Of a stretch of 64,000 bases of DNA, positions 12,042 through 25,513 are shown one piece after another. Position 1 is the stretch's first letter. Each line of letters opens with the position of its first letter. The DNA comes from Octopus sinensis (lineage: Eukaryota): NCBI RefSeq assembly GCF_006345805.1, contig NC_043016.1, positions 3,658,001 through 3,722,000 on the forward strand. The letters are read 5' to 3'. The position numbers were made by a program, and so were the translations under genes. The notes beneath the pieces were generated by a model, which had not been told where the DNA came from, ran no database searches, and saw only the letters and a program-made list of their open reading frames with translations.

Positions 12042-13330
12042 ACATACACAGTGTAAAGTACAATTACTCCACACACACTCATCCCCACGCGTACACACAT
12101 ACACAAACACACTGCAAACAAAACACACGTACTACATATATACATACACGCACATACTTCAAACTGCCAGTACCTTCTGCTGACCATTCTCCTACGCACA
12201 TGTGTAGGTAGACACACAACAAGCAGCCACTCCTACCAAAATTCTTCCTATGACCTTAAACGATACTAAGCTCAACAACACACATATATAAACAGCCACA
12301 GTCACACACACACACACGTGCTATCATTACATACACACACACAGACCTGCACGCACGCACATACCCACACATACACGCACACACTTCCTTCTCTTGCACT
12401 CTCCTGTCTTTGAAAGAACTTTTTCTTCACCCATTCCCTTCCGGCCATTCCACACACATGTGACCGCGTGTGTATCGTTGGCGATTTTCTTTCTCCGTTT
12501 TCCCTTTCTTGGACTTTTTTTTCCTATGTTTCTGACGAATAGCTCCGCTCCAAACGTTAAATCTTCCTTCTTTCTTTCCTTTCCTGAGTGTCCAATAACT
12601 CTATACTTATTCCACGTCTCCGCCTTGTGTTTTCTCTTTGTTCATGTTTGGATTAACTATATATATATATAACATACCCACTTATATCTATCAATATATT
12701 TAATAATTAGTGTTCAGCAAAGATTTGCTCTACCACATACCGAAGTTTAGAAATAGCAGCCAAAAAACGTTAGCTATTTCTTCTACTTTAAAAAGGGACT
12801 CGTGGGTACATGTGTATATATGTGTGTGTTTACACACACACACACACAAACACTCGCACGCACTCACGCATACACACACACGCTTATACACACATAATAT
12901 ATATTCACACATACACACACACACATATAACAGGAAAAAAGAAAAGAAACTAAGCACTCAGAGTGAACAATAGGATGAATTTGGACAAAAGCTCCGGATA
13001 AACTTACATTAAATACGGTTCGAAAGAAATTTTTTATTTATTGAAATTATCTTCACTTGAAGAGAAAGAATACAAATGCCTTGTGGCATCGGCGAACGAG
13101 GAGAGGAAAAACTAAGAAATGCCAACTTTTAACTGAAACTGATTTGTCCTTAAGAAATATATAATGCATTTTCTTTATAGAGACAACAGAATAGATCTGG
13201 ATACATGTATCCGGCTCACTTAGTTTCATCAGAACATCATTTATCTTGAATCCAGAAAACACATGAATTAGATATCTTCAAAAGGTTAATGGGTGCACAC
13301 ACTGATGCATATATACGTACACACGCGTGT

Positions 13331-13375
<45 letters not shown>

Positions 13376-13385
13376 ATATATAATA

Positions 13386-13428
<43 letters not shown>

Positions 13429-13430
<2 letters not shown>

Positions 13431-14229
13431 TGGCTCATCCCATAAGTAATGCGGTTTTTACACTTCTTTTATTTTTCAAAATTAAGTCAAAGTTCTTTTT
13501 TAATCTAAAATATGCTCTCCTTCATTTTCTACAATACTCTTCCGTATATTTGGTAGACTTCCATGGACCCTCTTCCAAAATTAACTTGTCTGTGACGAAA
13601 ATTATTCCTCCAGTACTGTTTTGACCTCGTCTATAGAACTCATATTTCTTCCGTTCAAATGATTTCGAAGACTGCGGAATAAATGATAATCAGATGGGCC
13701 AATGTTCGGCGAATATTGTGGGTGGGGCATTGTTTCCCATTCAAACTGCTCCAGCCTTTGGAATGTCATCCTCGCTGTATGTGGTTAAGCATTATCCTGA
13801 TGGAAGAACACCTTTCGTTTTGAAACCAAAGATGGACATTTTCCGATGGCACGCAGGTGTCGATGAATGGTTGAATGGTCAAATCCAAGCTTCTCTGCTA
13901 GTTCCTCAACAGTTATGATGGGAGTTTGTTCCACCTGGGAGCCTCTAAAGATCTTCCGAGACGAGGCTCGTCTTCTAAACTGTAGTCTTCGGCTCGGAAT
14001 TTCTGGAACCACCGTTGACACTGGCTTACACTTATTGTCCGATCCCCATATACTGCATAAATATTCCACGCACTTTCCGTTGCGTTGTTGCTCTTTATTG
14101 AACTCATAAAGCAAAAATGTGCTGAATATACTCCTTTGTCACTTCCATGATAGCTTTGTAAAAATACCTGTTAAAATTGAACTGAACTCTTTAAAACTTG
14201 CACTAAGAATAAGTCTAGGTAAAATTACT
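13429..14229 (-). mobile_element. Internally deleted mariner (DD34D-type) element
   Basis: HTH region NIYAVYGDRTISVSQCQRWFQKFR..SLEDEPRLGR; FHQDNA*PH...PHPQYSPNIGPSDYHLF; TIR-like ..cataagtaatgcggttttt; flanked by (TA)n on both sides. Confidence 0.9.
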
Positions 14230-14344
14230 ATATATATATATAATATATATATATATATATACTATATATACACATACATATACGCCTCGCCAAATACACA
14301 CGCAGATACACACATATTAGTGTGTTTGTGAGGTGTTAAAATGT

Positions 14345-14600
14345 AAGGCATAGTGATTAGGGTGTTGCTCTCAGTTCCTAGACCGTGTGGTGCGTTGAGT
14401 TCTTGAGATAAACACTTCGTTTAATACCATTTTATCTGATACTGTTTTCCAAATCCATGCTAATGATCACTCTGAGTGGTCAGTTTCTTTTCTTCTCACC
14501 TTGCTCAGCAATCACTTCGACACCTGATGAGACGTACACCATTACACCTGTTCAGACAACGGTGATCTGACGGAGGCAGTGAACTAATGCACATACATTT
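14345..14600 (+). mobile_element. Decayed tRNA-derived SINE (third family)
   Basis: ggcatagtgattagggtgttgc head; the body (caatcacttcgacacctga..acacctgttcagacaacg) matches the reverse complement of 56745-56905. Confidence 0.6.
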
Positions 14601-15234
14601 ATTCACTATAAACAAATCATCTGTGCACGCTGTTCGGCAAACGTCGTCTTCGATGGGAGAGTCCATCATGTATGTGGGTAAAGTAAGCAAAAGTGATTTG
14701 TCTAGATAATTACAGAATTATGAACAAATTATAACTGTAGCTATAACACGGATTCTATGAAAAACCCTGGCATGGTCAGTTAGCCTGTTAAAACAACTTT
14801 TAACCACATTTTATTATGTTTCAAAGGATAAAAGTGGACAATGTGAATCTGAGTGTACTTTACCGATAAAATGGTGCTGTGTTGGGGAAACGGATAAGAA
14901 TAACATAATATAGTTGAATGGAGAAGTCGCGAAGCAGTATGGTTTATTATTGTAAACAAAATCATTAGATCACAATTAATAATTTTTTCCGGCGAGGAAA
15001 ACATTCTCGGAAGGAATGTCTACAGAGAACAGTGAAATCTACCACAAATCAAACTGCAGGCCTGTGTGATCACCTGCAGACATATCTAGAATAGGTCCTA
15101 TTTCATGTGTCAAACAATAGATGTTGCTGATAATCAACCTGGATCATTGCAGAGTTATGATCAATATTAATCCATTTGATATGCAAGAGAATCCTATCAT
15201 GTTTTCAGAGGTTGAATCCATCCATGCATGCAAG

Positions 15235-15361
15235 CATCCATCCATCCATCCATCCATCCATCCATCAATCAATCAATCAATCAATCAGTCAAGCAACGTA
15301 GTAATTCATTTTGTAATCTGTTCAAAGACTACAAGGGGAAAGAGGATACTCTACAAGATTA

Positions 15362-15450
<89 letters not shown>

Positions 15451-15451
15451 A

Positions 15452-15518
<67 letters not shown>

Positions 15519-15606
15519 ATGTCTGTCTGTCTATCTATTTAGCTATCTATCTATCTGTCTATCTATTGCTCTAATTATCTACATCTCTCTAATTTTTGTA
15601 TATCCA

Positions 15607-15667
<61 letters not shown>

Positions 15668-15675
15668 CTATCTCT
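15235..15675. repeat. Compound (CCAT)/(CAAT)/(TCTG)/(TCTA)/(TC) microsatellite region
   Basis: Directly visible; ends in (TATC)n at the 5' junction of LINE copy 2. Confidence 0.9.
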
Positions 15676-15880
15676 CCATCGACTGACATGATGACGCATC
15701 GGCTCCGCAGGTAATCCCTTTTTTGCACACATTTTGTTCTAACTTTTGCACACAAGGTGTGTAAAGCACCCAGCTTTCGTATGTGTGTGTTTTCAAGGGA
15801 GGAACTGACCCCTAGGGTCAGTTTCAAACTTATTTACATCTCCATTTTTTTTTATTTACTTGCCATATTTCTTAACAAAT

Positions 15881-17650
15881 ATGGCTAAGCGAAACGAGGA
15901 TGCCGACTTCCCGCCTCTACCAATGCTGGAGGCGAAAGAAGCTGAAAACAAAGCCGTTCCGCGTAAATGCACACAGCATTAGAAAGCGCTCTGTTACTAC
16001 ATTCATAGGCTGTACCACTGCTACCACCTCTACCATCATTACCACCACAACCAACACGGATACCGAAAACAATTTTGCCGCAGCTTTGAGGCTAAAGAAA
16101 TCAGTCGTATCTTTTTCGAAAGATGAACTACTCGCCTGTAAAGCAATGTTAAAAAGACGACCTCAGTATACATCTACAGGCATCACAGAAAAAATCGAAA
16201 AAAACCCAATTATTTACAAGACACTCAACCTAAAAACAAGGCTATATGAAAAGGCCACAAGAAAATGTTGAAAAATATTTAAAGCCCATATGGGTCTTTA
16301 AAGACTACATCACGAGGGGAAACAAATTTGTCACGATCGAAGTTCGATTCGATAGTGAAGAAAGAGCCAAGGACCTCTCCACAAAGTCCTTCGAATTTGA
16401 AAATTTATTGATGATCCCTACATACCTTGGCCGTAGGGTCGCAAAAATTAAAATAAAGAAGGTGCCTCCTGAATTGGAAATAAAATGGCTCATGTCCGCC
16501 ATTTGCTACGACATCGAAGACGAAATCCATATTTTGGAAATCGCTGTCGTGGACCATCAACACTGGATCGGCCGAGAAATCCAAATCCTCGCTCAGATTA
16601 ATCCAATGACCACGAGAAAAATCCACATAGAATTCAATTAAGGGAGGATTCGAGTTTACATGTGGCCGTCGAAGGCAGAAAGCCTCGTTGCTACGTTTGT
16701 GGTAGCAACGCACACTTAAATAATAAGTGTCCACTAGCACAGAAACAGCAACAGCAGCAGCAACAACAAGATCCTGAAAAACAACAACGGCCACAAGAAA
16801 ACCAAAAACCGTACAAAAAAACAGCACTTCTACCCACACCGCCATATGCAACAACTAATCAAACAACTATATAAACAAATGAAAGATCACCAACCAACAA
16901 GTGAGCCCAACCAAACAACACCACTACCACCAGCACCACCAAACACAGAAACAACACCACCACCAGCACCACCAAACACAGAAACAACACCACCACCAGC
17001 ACCACCAAACACAGAAACAACCCCACCACCAGCACCACCAAACACAGAAGCAACACCAGCATCACCACCACCAACAATAACAACTTCAAAGGAGGAAGAG
17101 AAAACCAAAAAGACTCATACCCCACCGCCAAAAACCCATACACCACACCCCAACTGTCACCAACCAGCACCAACACCAACAACAAAGTCAACACAGTCAG
17201 AAATAGACCCCAATACACTTACCCTCCCACCTTCAGATTCCTCTGACATGTCATCAGATGAAGATGACATAGAGGATTGGCAAAGAGCCACATTGGGGAG
17301 GAGAAAAAAGGGGGAAAGGAATAGAGAAGCTGACAAACAAAGCAGGGGGGTTTACCACTTCCGAAACCAAAACACCCGCAGTAAACAAAAACATCAACAC
17401 AAACACATTATCACCAAAGCCCCCAACAATGTTGACAGCCATAAACACCAACGACCCCGACCTAATGGAATACATTAGGTCAAACACCAACATAACCGAA
17501 AATGATACCAAAACAAAGAATCACCCACGCACAACACCACCGTAACACATTAAAATTATACACATAACACAGAACACAAACAGCACCCTAAAATCTATCT
17601 ACCCTGATGCAGTTGGGAGATTTCAAAAATATTTGTCAAAAAAACTTTCT
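15881..17650 (+). pseudogene. LINE ORF1 (RRM-like segment + CCHC knuckle + Pro/Thr-rich linker), multiply frameshifted
   Basis: MAKRNEDADFPPLP..., RGNKFVTIEVRF...PTYLGRRVAKIKIKKVP and KPRCYVCGSNAHLNNKCP. Confidence 0.85.
16924..17055 (+). repeat. 33-bp in-frame minisatellite x4 (PPPAPPNTETT) in ORF1
   Basis: ccaccaccagcaccaccaaacacagaaacaaca repeated about four times. Confidence 0.95.
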
Positions 17651-17754
17651 GGGAGAAGACTGTGAGGTGAAGAACAAAGAACTTTTGGACAGTAAGTGAC
17701 TCTCTCTCTTTTTCATCTTCCTTTCGTGTGTAAAACACAACTTTCGATAGGAAC

Positions 17755-20700
17755 ATGCTCAAAATAGGCAGTATAAATGTACATGGCTTGGAGTCGACTT
17801 GGAAACAAGGCTACCTATTAAACGACATCAAGTCACAAAAGCTGTATATCATAGCCATCAGTGAGACCAGACTCCACAGGCCGCGGGTACCCCAGCACAT
17901 GTTCAGCACACATTTCGACATTGATTTTTCTCCGTGTCTACCGAGAATGGGCGGAGGTGGCACCGCGGTGATTCTTCGGAAGAGTCTGCACCTCACAGTA
18001 AGAGCAATTTTCCTAGACCCGGATGGTAGGGTATTCGTCTTAGATGTCGGTGGCAGCAATGGGTGTGCTTTTCGACTGATAACGGTTTATGTACCGTCCT
18101 TAACAGGCCGGCCAGATTTCTTTCCACGTGTAGAGGTTTTCCTGGGAATGTCACGACCTTTACTTTTAGTGGGGGATTGGAACTCCACCCTGCACAAGCA
18201 TCTAGACTACATGGGCAGAGATAGTAAAAGGAGGGGAAGCAAATGCCTCAGAGACTTGTTCAGACGTTTCCAACTTTCTGATAGGTACCGACTAGACCAC
18301 CCGAATGTGCCAATGTGGACATGGAGCAACCGCATCGGGTCGTCTAGATCGTACTTAGAGTATTCTGTAGGACAGTAGATAAAGATAGTGTAGGTTGTCC
18401 ACAATTCCATATAGTCAGCTACACAGACCACAAATTTGTGACTTGTACACTTGACTAACTCAAGTGTACAAGACACATAGGCAGAGCCCTGATTACTGGA
18501 AGCTGAACGCTTCTTTCAGGGCACGCTAGGTTTACAGGGATCGGATTAGCACCAACAGATGGTGGTATGCTCTAAAGAAACCAATTAAAGCAGAATCGGT
18601 TAGGTACAGTAAGGCCCTAGCATTAGACCGAAATAGAATAGAAGGAGACTTAGTTAAGAATTTAGAAGAGGCACTTAGAACTGGCATCGCGTCCAACGTA
18701 CTGGCAGCGAGGTTGGCCCTCGACCAAAACCTCAACGCCAAACACGAACGAAGCGTTGTCAGAGCTAGGATGCGTGCTCTGAGGAACGAAAGAGTTGGAG
18801 CCGTCCTAGAGGCCCGAGTGGTGGAGACGCAACGAGGCAACAGCGGTACCATTAGGTCACTTACAGATGAACAAGGGCGCGAATTACTCGAGCCTGAAGC
18901 TTTTCAACAACACTTTGCCCGACTGTTCGGGACAACTGGTGTGTCTGAACGCAGAGTGGAATTTAGTGCCTACCTGCATGCTCTGCCACGATTCTCAGCA
19001 AGAGAGGCGGAGTGTTGCGATGGCAGGCTGCGTAAGAGACAAGTCACTAGACTTGGATGGTCTTCCCTACGAACTTTATTGTCATATGCCAAACTTGTTT
19101 GGAGGCGTCTTGGCAGCTGTCTACTGCAACTAGCAGCAAAACGGGAGTATCCCTGCTTTTGTAAAGCGAGGAGCAGTGGCACTGATTAAGAAAGAGCTAA
19201 ACAAGGGGGACGTCATAGATGATTTAAAGCCCATCACTCTGCTCAACGCAGATTTGAAAATTTTGGCCAAGATGTTAGCCGAGAGGTTGGCGCTTGTCAT
19301 CGAGAAACTAATCGACAAGGCGCAAACGTGCGCCGTGCCGGATAGGAGTATCCATGACAACCTCCATCTGATGTGTTGCATCATAGACAGGGTAGTAAAG
19401 GATCCTGGCATGGGCGAGGCGCTGATCAATTTGGATCAATCGAAAGCCTTACATAAGGTAGACCATCGCTACTTGGAGGCTGTCCTTAAAGCGGCTGGTT
19501 TCGGTCCCATCTTCCGCGGTTGGATCGCTGTCTTATACAGCGGCATCTGCTCGGTAGTTCGCGTAAATAGTCATCTATCCAGACCTTTTAACATCATGCG
19601 TTCGGTTCGTCAAGGATGTCCCCTCTCATCGCTTCTGTATGTATTGATTCTCGAGCAACTACTGCGGAAACTGGCGACGCTGAGGGACATCCCACGAGAG
19701 CTGAGATGCAGGAGAAACGTGTCTGCATACGCGGACGACGTCACCGTCATAGTCTGGTCGTCGAGACACTAAAAGAATACGAAGCGGTAACGGGAGCAAA
19801 AATTAACCGGGAAAAGTCAGTGAGCTTGCGGCTCGACACCTGGAGAAGCAAGCCCATGCCATCCAACAGCGTCTCTATCGTGAGAAACTGGACCTACGGA
19901 CCAGTTAAATTGCTCGGAATCTCGTTCGGCCCGGACCTCCATATGTAGTAGAACTGGGGCGAAATAATGGCTAGGGTGACCACTCTCAGTCAGCAATAGG
20001 CTGAGAGGAAGCTATCCCTAAAAGGTCGGGCGGAGGTGGAGAACGCGTACATCGCGTACCGTCATCGAGTACCGCCTGACCGTCGTGCCTTGTCCCGACT
20101 CTATCATCACCAAACTGGAACGCATACTTTTCCGCTTCCTGTGGAAGGGAAGCGTTCCGATAGTTAGGCGATCCATTTGCTGTCAACACCCGCTAAATGG
20201 AGGGCTTGGCATGCCGTGGTTGATGATGCACAGACATGCGCTGAGACTGCGACATCTCCGGCGCTTCATAGATGACGGTGAACAGGTGTGGTCGCCTTTT
20301 GTGCGACGCGCTTTCCCGCAGCTTGTCTCCTTGGCCGAACTACAATCGTGGATCAAACATAGACCGAGGCTAGGCGAATGGCACTGCGAGTGTCGCGTTG
20401 CTCTCAAGCAACTCTGCCATCCGGGACTAAACAGGTGCGACTTCATTACAACAAAGGCGTTCTATAGAGGATTAATGGAGGGGAGGTGCGACGACGTTCT
20501 CGGGCAGAATCTGGGCGTCGACAAGGAACACCTGACCCGCCTGTTCCGGACAACTTTCGGGCCGGGATCTATGGACAATCACCAAATATCCCTGGCCTGG
20601 CGGTGCTATCGAGAAGCATTACTTGTTCGGGATAAGCTCTACATGCACGGTTTGGGACACACTGGACCGACTTGCCCGAGATGCGGTCAGAGCGACGACA

Positions 20701-21034
20701 CCGTTCTACACGCACTCGTGCAATGTCCAACCATTTCAGACCTGTGGGCTTATACCGAACGGCTACTACTGTTACGAGTCTATCGTGAATATTGCTCCGT
20801 ACCCTTCCCTCAGCCGGGAAGGCAAGGCAGTTTTCATCGTACTGGTGGCCATGGTGAAAGAACGTGTGTGATGAACTCATGCGAAAGGTTTAGAGACAAA
20901 CACTTACCTCTCTGGCCAATCCTCATCAACTTTTTCAAGTACCACTTGAAAAGGAAGGTGAGAATGGAGAGGCAGGTTTTGTCTCGTGCAAGTTTCAAAA
21001 AAAGGTGGATAAGTGTAGCAAAGATGGTGCGTGT
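17755..21034 (+). pseudogene. LINE ORF2 (APE-RT-zinc), many stops and frameshifts
   Basis: MLKIGSINVHGL, VGDWNS, KPITLLNADLKI, VRQGCPLS, AYADDV and CPRCGQSDDTVLHALVQCP. Confidence 0.92.
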
Positions 21035-22987
21035 CGTTTTCATGACAGTCAAACAATCTGTCACTGCCGTTAAGCTTAGCTTGTGTGCCACACGCAGTGT
21101 TGTAAATTATCACATTCCTTTTGCTGTGATGTGTAGTTTCTCAGACAAGATATTCATATCTCATTGTTCTCGATTACCTAAGCAGATATTAAACATGGAA
21201 GGATAGTATATCATTTTTATATTTAAATAATTTACAAGCATACAGAATAACAAAAAATAACATTTCATCGCTCTACATTTCTCATTCTTACTCAAAGGTC
21301 AAACCTCGAAACGTTAGGCTTTACATTTCTCACGATAGCGATTAAGTTTCTCACCAATCTATCTTAGTGATCGAGATTTTGTCAACTTAGTCAGACCACG
21401 AATAGTTGCTCTCGATTTTCGTATATAAACCATTTAAAACAAATTAAGATGTTCAAAACATGAACTACAAAACCTAATATAGTAAATGAATTTTTTATCA
21501 GCGTTTGCTTCACCTCGTTAACAGGGGCAGTAATCGGCAGGAGAAGAGTATTGTATTTATATTGCTAAACTAAGTATAGGTTGGATACAGGCTACTAATT
21601 CATATTTAATAAGTCTTTATCGTAAATAAAATACACCTAAGAAGTTAAACTTAAGTTTAATACGTTGATTAGTAAGTTCAGCAAAAGATTTTAAATATGA
21701 CTACAAACTATTAAAATGTGTTGTAATAATGTTTTCTTGGACCCGGCTGCACATGTACGCCTTATTCACACGTACACTTCTCAAGTATGATAAAGACAAT
21801 AATAGTTCAACTCATCTACTCAACTGCATTAAGTTAGTAAATGTATATATCCTTCCGACTTACATTGGTTATAAAAGGTTGTGTAAAATACTAGAAAGTT
21901 TCTCCTGACAAAGGTAAACTCACAAAGATATGCACTATTTTTATTCTTGCTGTATCTTATTGAAGATTTTGAGCTAGCTTAGTAACCATTTGTAACTGCA
22001 AAAGAAACTATCATATTACTAAGTAAATGTGTAAAAATTCGTATTTATTTTGTAGTTTATTGACTCAACAAAGAATATATTTACTTGATATGTTTGAAAA
22101 AATGAATGAACAGATAAGAACGTAGATTTTGACAGTATGGAGTAGATACTATGAAAATAGAAGCTAAAAACAAATAAATAAAAGTCCGTGTAAAAGTAAA
22201 GCTAAAAAATAACTTTTAGCCGTTAATGCCAGTTAATAATTTATAAACAATCTTGATAATCGTCATAAAGTATGAGGTAGGTTCACAAAAGCCCGATACC
22301 ATAATGTTGTTTCAGACTTCAGTAAAAGCTATTTCTTTTATATCACTTATTCATTTAGGAGGGTTGAAATGTGATTACTGTCATTTTAATCCCAGAAAGT
22401 AATTACTATTTCTTGCCTACCCAAACAAATGCAACTCTGTTTATTTTGAAGTAAAAAATAAATAAATAAATTTTCGATATGAATGGAATACTTAGGAATT
22501 TTTTTGTTTTTTGTTTTTATTGCACTGCTTGTAAATTTGTGTTTTAGCGTACAGACGAACTTTTCTTACATTAAAGTTTAAATTAAAATATTATAGCGAC
22601 TGAGAGTTGCAGTTTTGACTAACCGGCAGTTACATTGTTTAAAACAATTTCTTATTCATTTTTAATCATTGTGAGTTGATATCGTACGCTAAAAGGCTCT
22701 CTTTAAAGGCCTCATTCGCAATCGTTTTGTACAAACGGGCTCAAAACAAAATCATAGTTGGGAAATTCACCTCAGTGTAGTGTACAAAGGGAAGCTTAAC
22801 TTCATAATCATCTCTTTCCAAGCAAAATTCACTTTTGGACTCATCATATACTCGCTATGAATAGCCTACTACGGTTACAGTTCTACGGCCACAGAAGAGT
22901 TTCTTTGAGTGGCATATTCTTAAAAACAAAGACATACTAATTGAGACATCATGTCTTAGACTGATTAACAACTGAACGTTTGGCTTA

Positions 22988-23319
22988 TCTATATATATAA
23001 AAATGAGGTTGTGTGCAGTCTGTCTCCTACGATTTAGATTCCTAACTACTCCCACATTTTGCGGTGCAGTTTAACCAAAAGCCGGTATCTTATAGTCGTG
23101 ATTCATATCGAGCCCTTCTGGGTATTAGTGCGCATCTACGATGAGTCTACGATTTAAAAAAATTTACCATCATTTTTTCCCATTTTTAATGCATTTTTGG
23201 CATATATAAGGGAAGTAACTCTCTAAAAATGTATTATTAAATCTCAGAACGTAAAAAGCTAGAGTAACACCCTCCTTTGTGGTTAGCCATATTGAGATGG
23301 CTATTATACTTTACATCTC
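22988..23319 (+). mobile_element. Non-autonomous Helitron-like element, 5' portion
   Basis: A|TCTATATATATAAAAATGAGG...gtctgtc start, similar in style to the Helitron at 62097; no CTAG end found. Confidence 0.5.
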
Positions 23320-24056
23320 ATTTGAATTATGTAAGTAATTCTTTTGTTAATAGTTGAAACCGCCGGTATGTGATTAATTCTGTTTTTTATATAATTTTCA
23401 ACTGTCTTGCCCGCCTAATTTGACCTGGTGTTCGCTGAATTTTCCTCTAGAGAACATTCTTTGTAGTTTGATCGTTGGTGATCTATTTCTAGCATACGGC
23501 CGACTACCTAGCGGTCTTGCCCTTTCAATATACATTTGTATTAGAATTTTCTCTGATTTTTCAGATTTTTGTTAGGCTACTGGTTTTAAATTAATATTAA
23601 TTTATCTCCCTCATTATTTAAATATTGAAATAAATACGTTCTCTAGTAGGTAGCACTAACCGCAGTAAATTATTTACTGCAGTTTTTCGCTTCAGGAATT
23701 TTTAGCGCACCAGAACTAAGACATTCGAAATTTATCCCTAATGTAATCGGTAAAACTAAACACGTGTCTGTTTTGGCACAGAAAGCTGGGGTTAGTTTTT
23801 CAAATTACATTTGTCTGAACGATCGCACTGACGAAACTACGGACATTTGAATTATGTAATTCTTTTGTTAATAGTTGAAACCGCCGGTATGTGATTAATT
23901 TTGTTTTTTATATAATTTTCATCTATCTTGCCCGCCTAATTTGTTCTGGTGTTCGCTGAATTTTCCTCTAGAGAACATTCTTTGTTGTTTGATCGTTGAT
24001 GATCTATTTCTAGCATACGGCCGACTACCTAGCGGTCTTGCCCTTTCAATATACAT
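23319..24056. repeat. ~215-bp direct repeat pair (23319-23535 and 23844-24056) with ~310-bp spacer
   Basis: The two copies align with only a few substitutions and a 4-bp indel. Confidence 0.92.
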
Positions 24057-24130
24057 ATATATAAATATATATATGAATATGTATGTGTGCATATGTATAT
24101 ATATATAATATATATATATATATATTATAT

Positions 24131-24174
<44 letters not shown>

Positions 24175-24212
24175 TACACATATATATATTATATGTATAT
24201 ATATATATATAA

Positions 24213-24246
<34 letters not shown>

Positions 24247-24343
24247 ATATATATATATTTAATGTAGGATAAAAAATTTTTTTCGAAAAAAAATTTATCA
24301 TCGCCCGCATATTAAAAATTACCTTTAAAGGTTAAACTTATAA

Positions 24344-24668
24344 ACAACTTATAAATAGGGGCAAACGAAAAATTTTCTAATGCCAAATATGCCGAAATTA
24401 GACACATTGTCCATAACCATTATAATTTTTTCACAATACGCACGCGACTCAAAAAAGGTCGACAAAAATTTCTAAAAAATTCCATTATTACCATATCTGA
24501 CCGATTTCAGGGTTAGTTCATAGGTAATAATGAAATTTTTTAGAAATTTCTGTCGACCTTTTTTGAGTAGCGTGCGTATTGTGAAACAATTATAATGGTT
24601 ATGGACAATGTGTCTAATTTCGGCATATTTGGCATTGGAAATTTTTTCGTTTGCCCTTATTTATAAGT

Positions 24669-24671
<3 letters not shown>
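24344..24671. repeat. Long inverted repeat (149-bp arms, 30-bp spacer), foldback/MITE-like
   Basis: 24344-24492 is the near-perfect reverse complement of 24523-24671. Confidence 0.92.
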
Positions 24672-24720
<49 letters not shown>

Positions 24721-25513
24721 TAAACATATACATACATAAACATATATGCATACACATATATACGTGCACAAAAACGCACACATGCAGACACATACACACG
24801 TGCACACATACTGATACGCACGGTCTTGCATGTTCACACATACGTTTAAAATAATGTTCAAATAGATGGCAAACTAATTATCATTATATCTTAGTTTATT
24901 ACAGTGTTGCAATTATGCAAATAAGGTTTCCGAAATAGAAGGAAAGTTAAACGCAATATGAACCAAAAGAATATGAGATCGGATATCAAGCTTTTGGAGA
25001 GTTAGGTCTGGTTTTGTTTTCGATGTACTAAACTCTCAGACTGTGCACCCATTGACTGTTAAAAAAAAATAGCATGTTAGTATCAAATATTTCGGGTGTT
25101 CAAGCGAAAAAAAAAGCCGAATATTCTTTACACAACAACAACACCAATACAACAACAACGCCAACTCAACAACAAAAACAATAATAATTATAAAAAGAAC
25201 AACAATAACAAACATATACAAAAACAACAACAAAGGAATTTACTAGACACAACTATATCAGATGCATATTTATGTCTTATTTATGAATGCTACGAATGAT
25301 ACATATACACTAATATATACATGTGTATACTCATACATTTGTATGTAGACATTCATACATTCATACACACATACATACACACACAGAAACTTAGAAGTAG
25401 ACGAACATATATAAATACAAAAATTATACATGACATATAAGCATGTATGTATATGCATATATGTATAACATATACGCGAGGTGTATGTGTAAATATTCGT
25501 GAGTTAGTATTTA

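Larger units (their letters stand above)
15676..21034 (+). mobile_element. Tx1/L1-type non-LTR retrotransposon, copy 2 (5' end apparently complete, 3' UTR missing, heavily decayed)
   Basis: About 200-bp leader with a 9-bp hairpin (15803-15823); ORF1 from ATG 15881; ORF2 from 17755 colinear with copy 1. Similarity to copy 1 stops at ~21034. Confidence 0.9.

Noticed and set aside
14505-14690. Cys-rich 61-aa ORF / apparent exon
   Set aside because: The sequence matches the SINE body also found at 56745-56905.
21924-21995. Minus-strand segment with strong acceptor (tttttgcag) and donor (gtgagt)
   Set aside because: All three frames contain stops and there is no other support; it could only be a non-coding exon.
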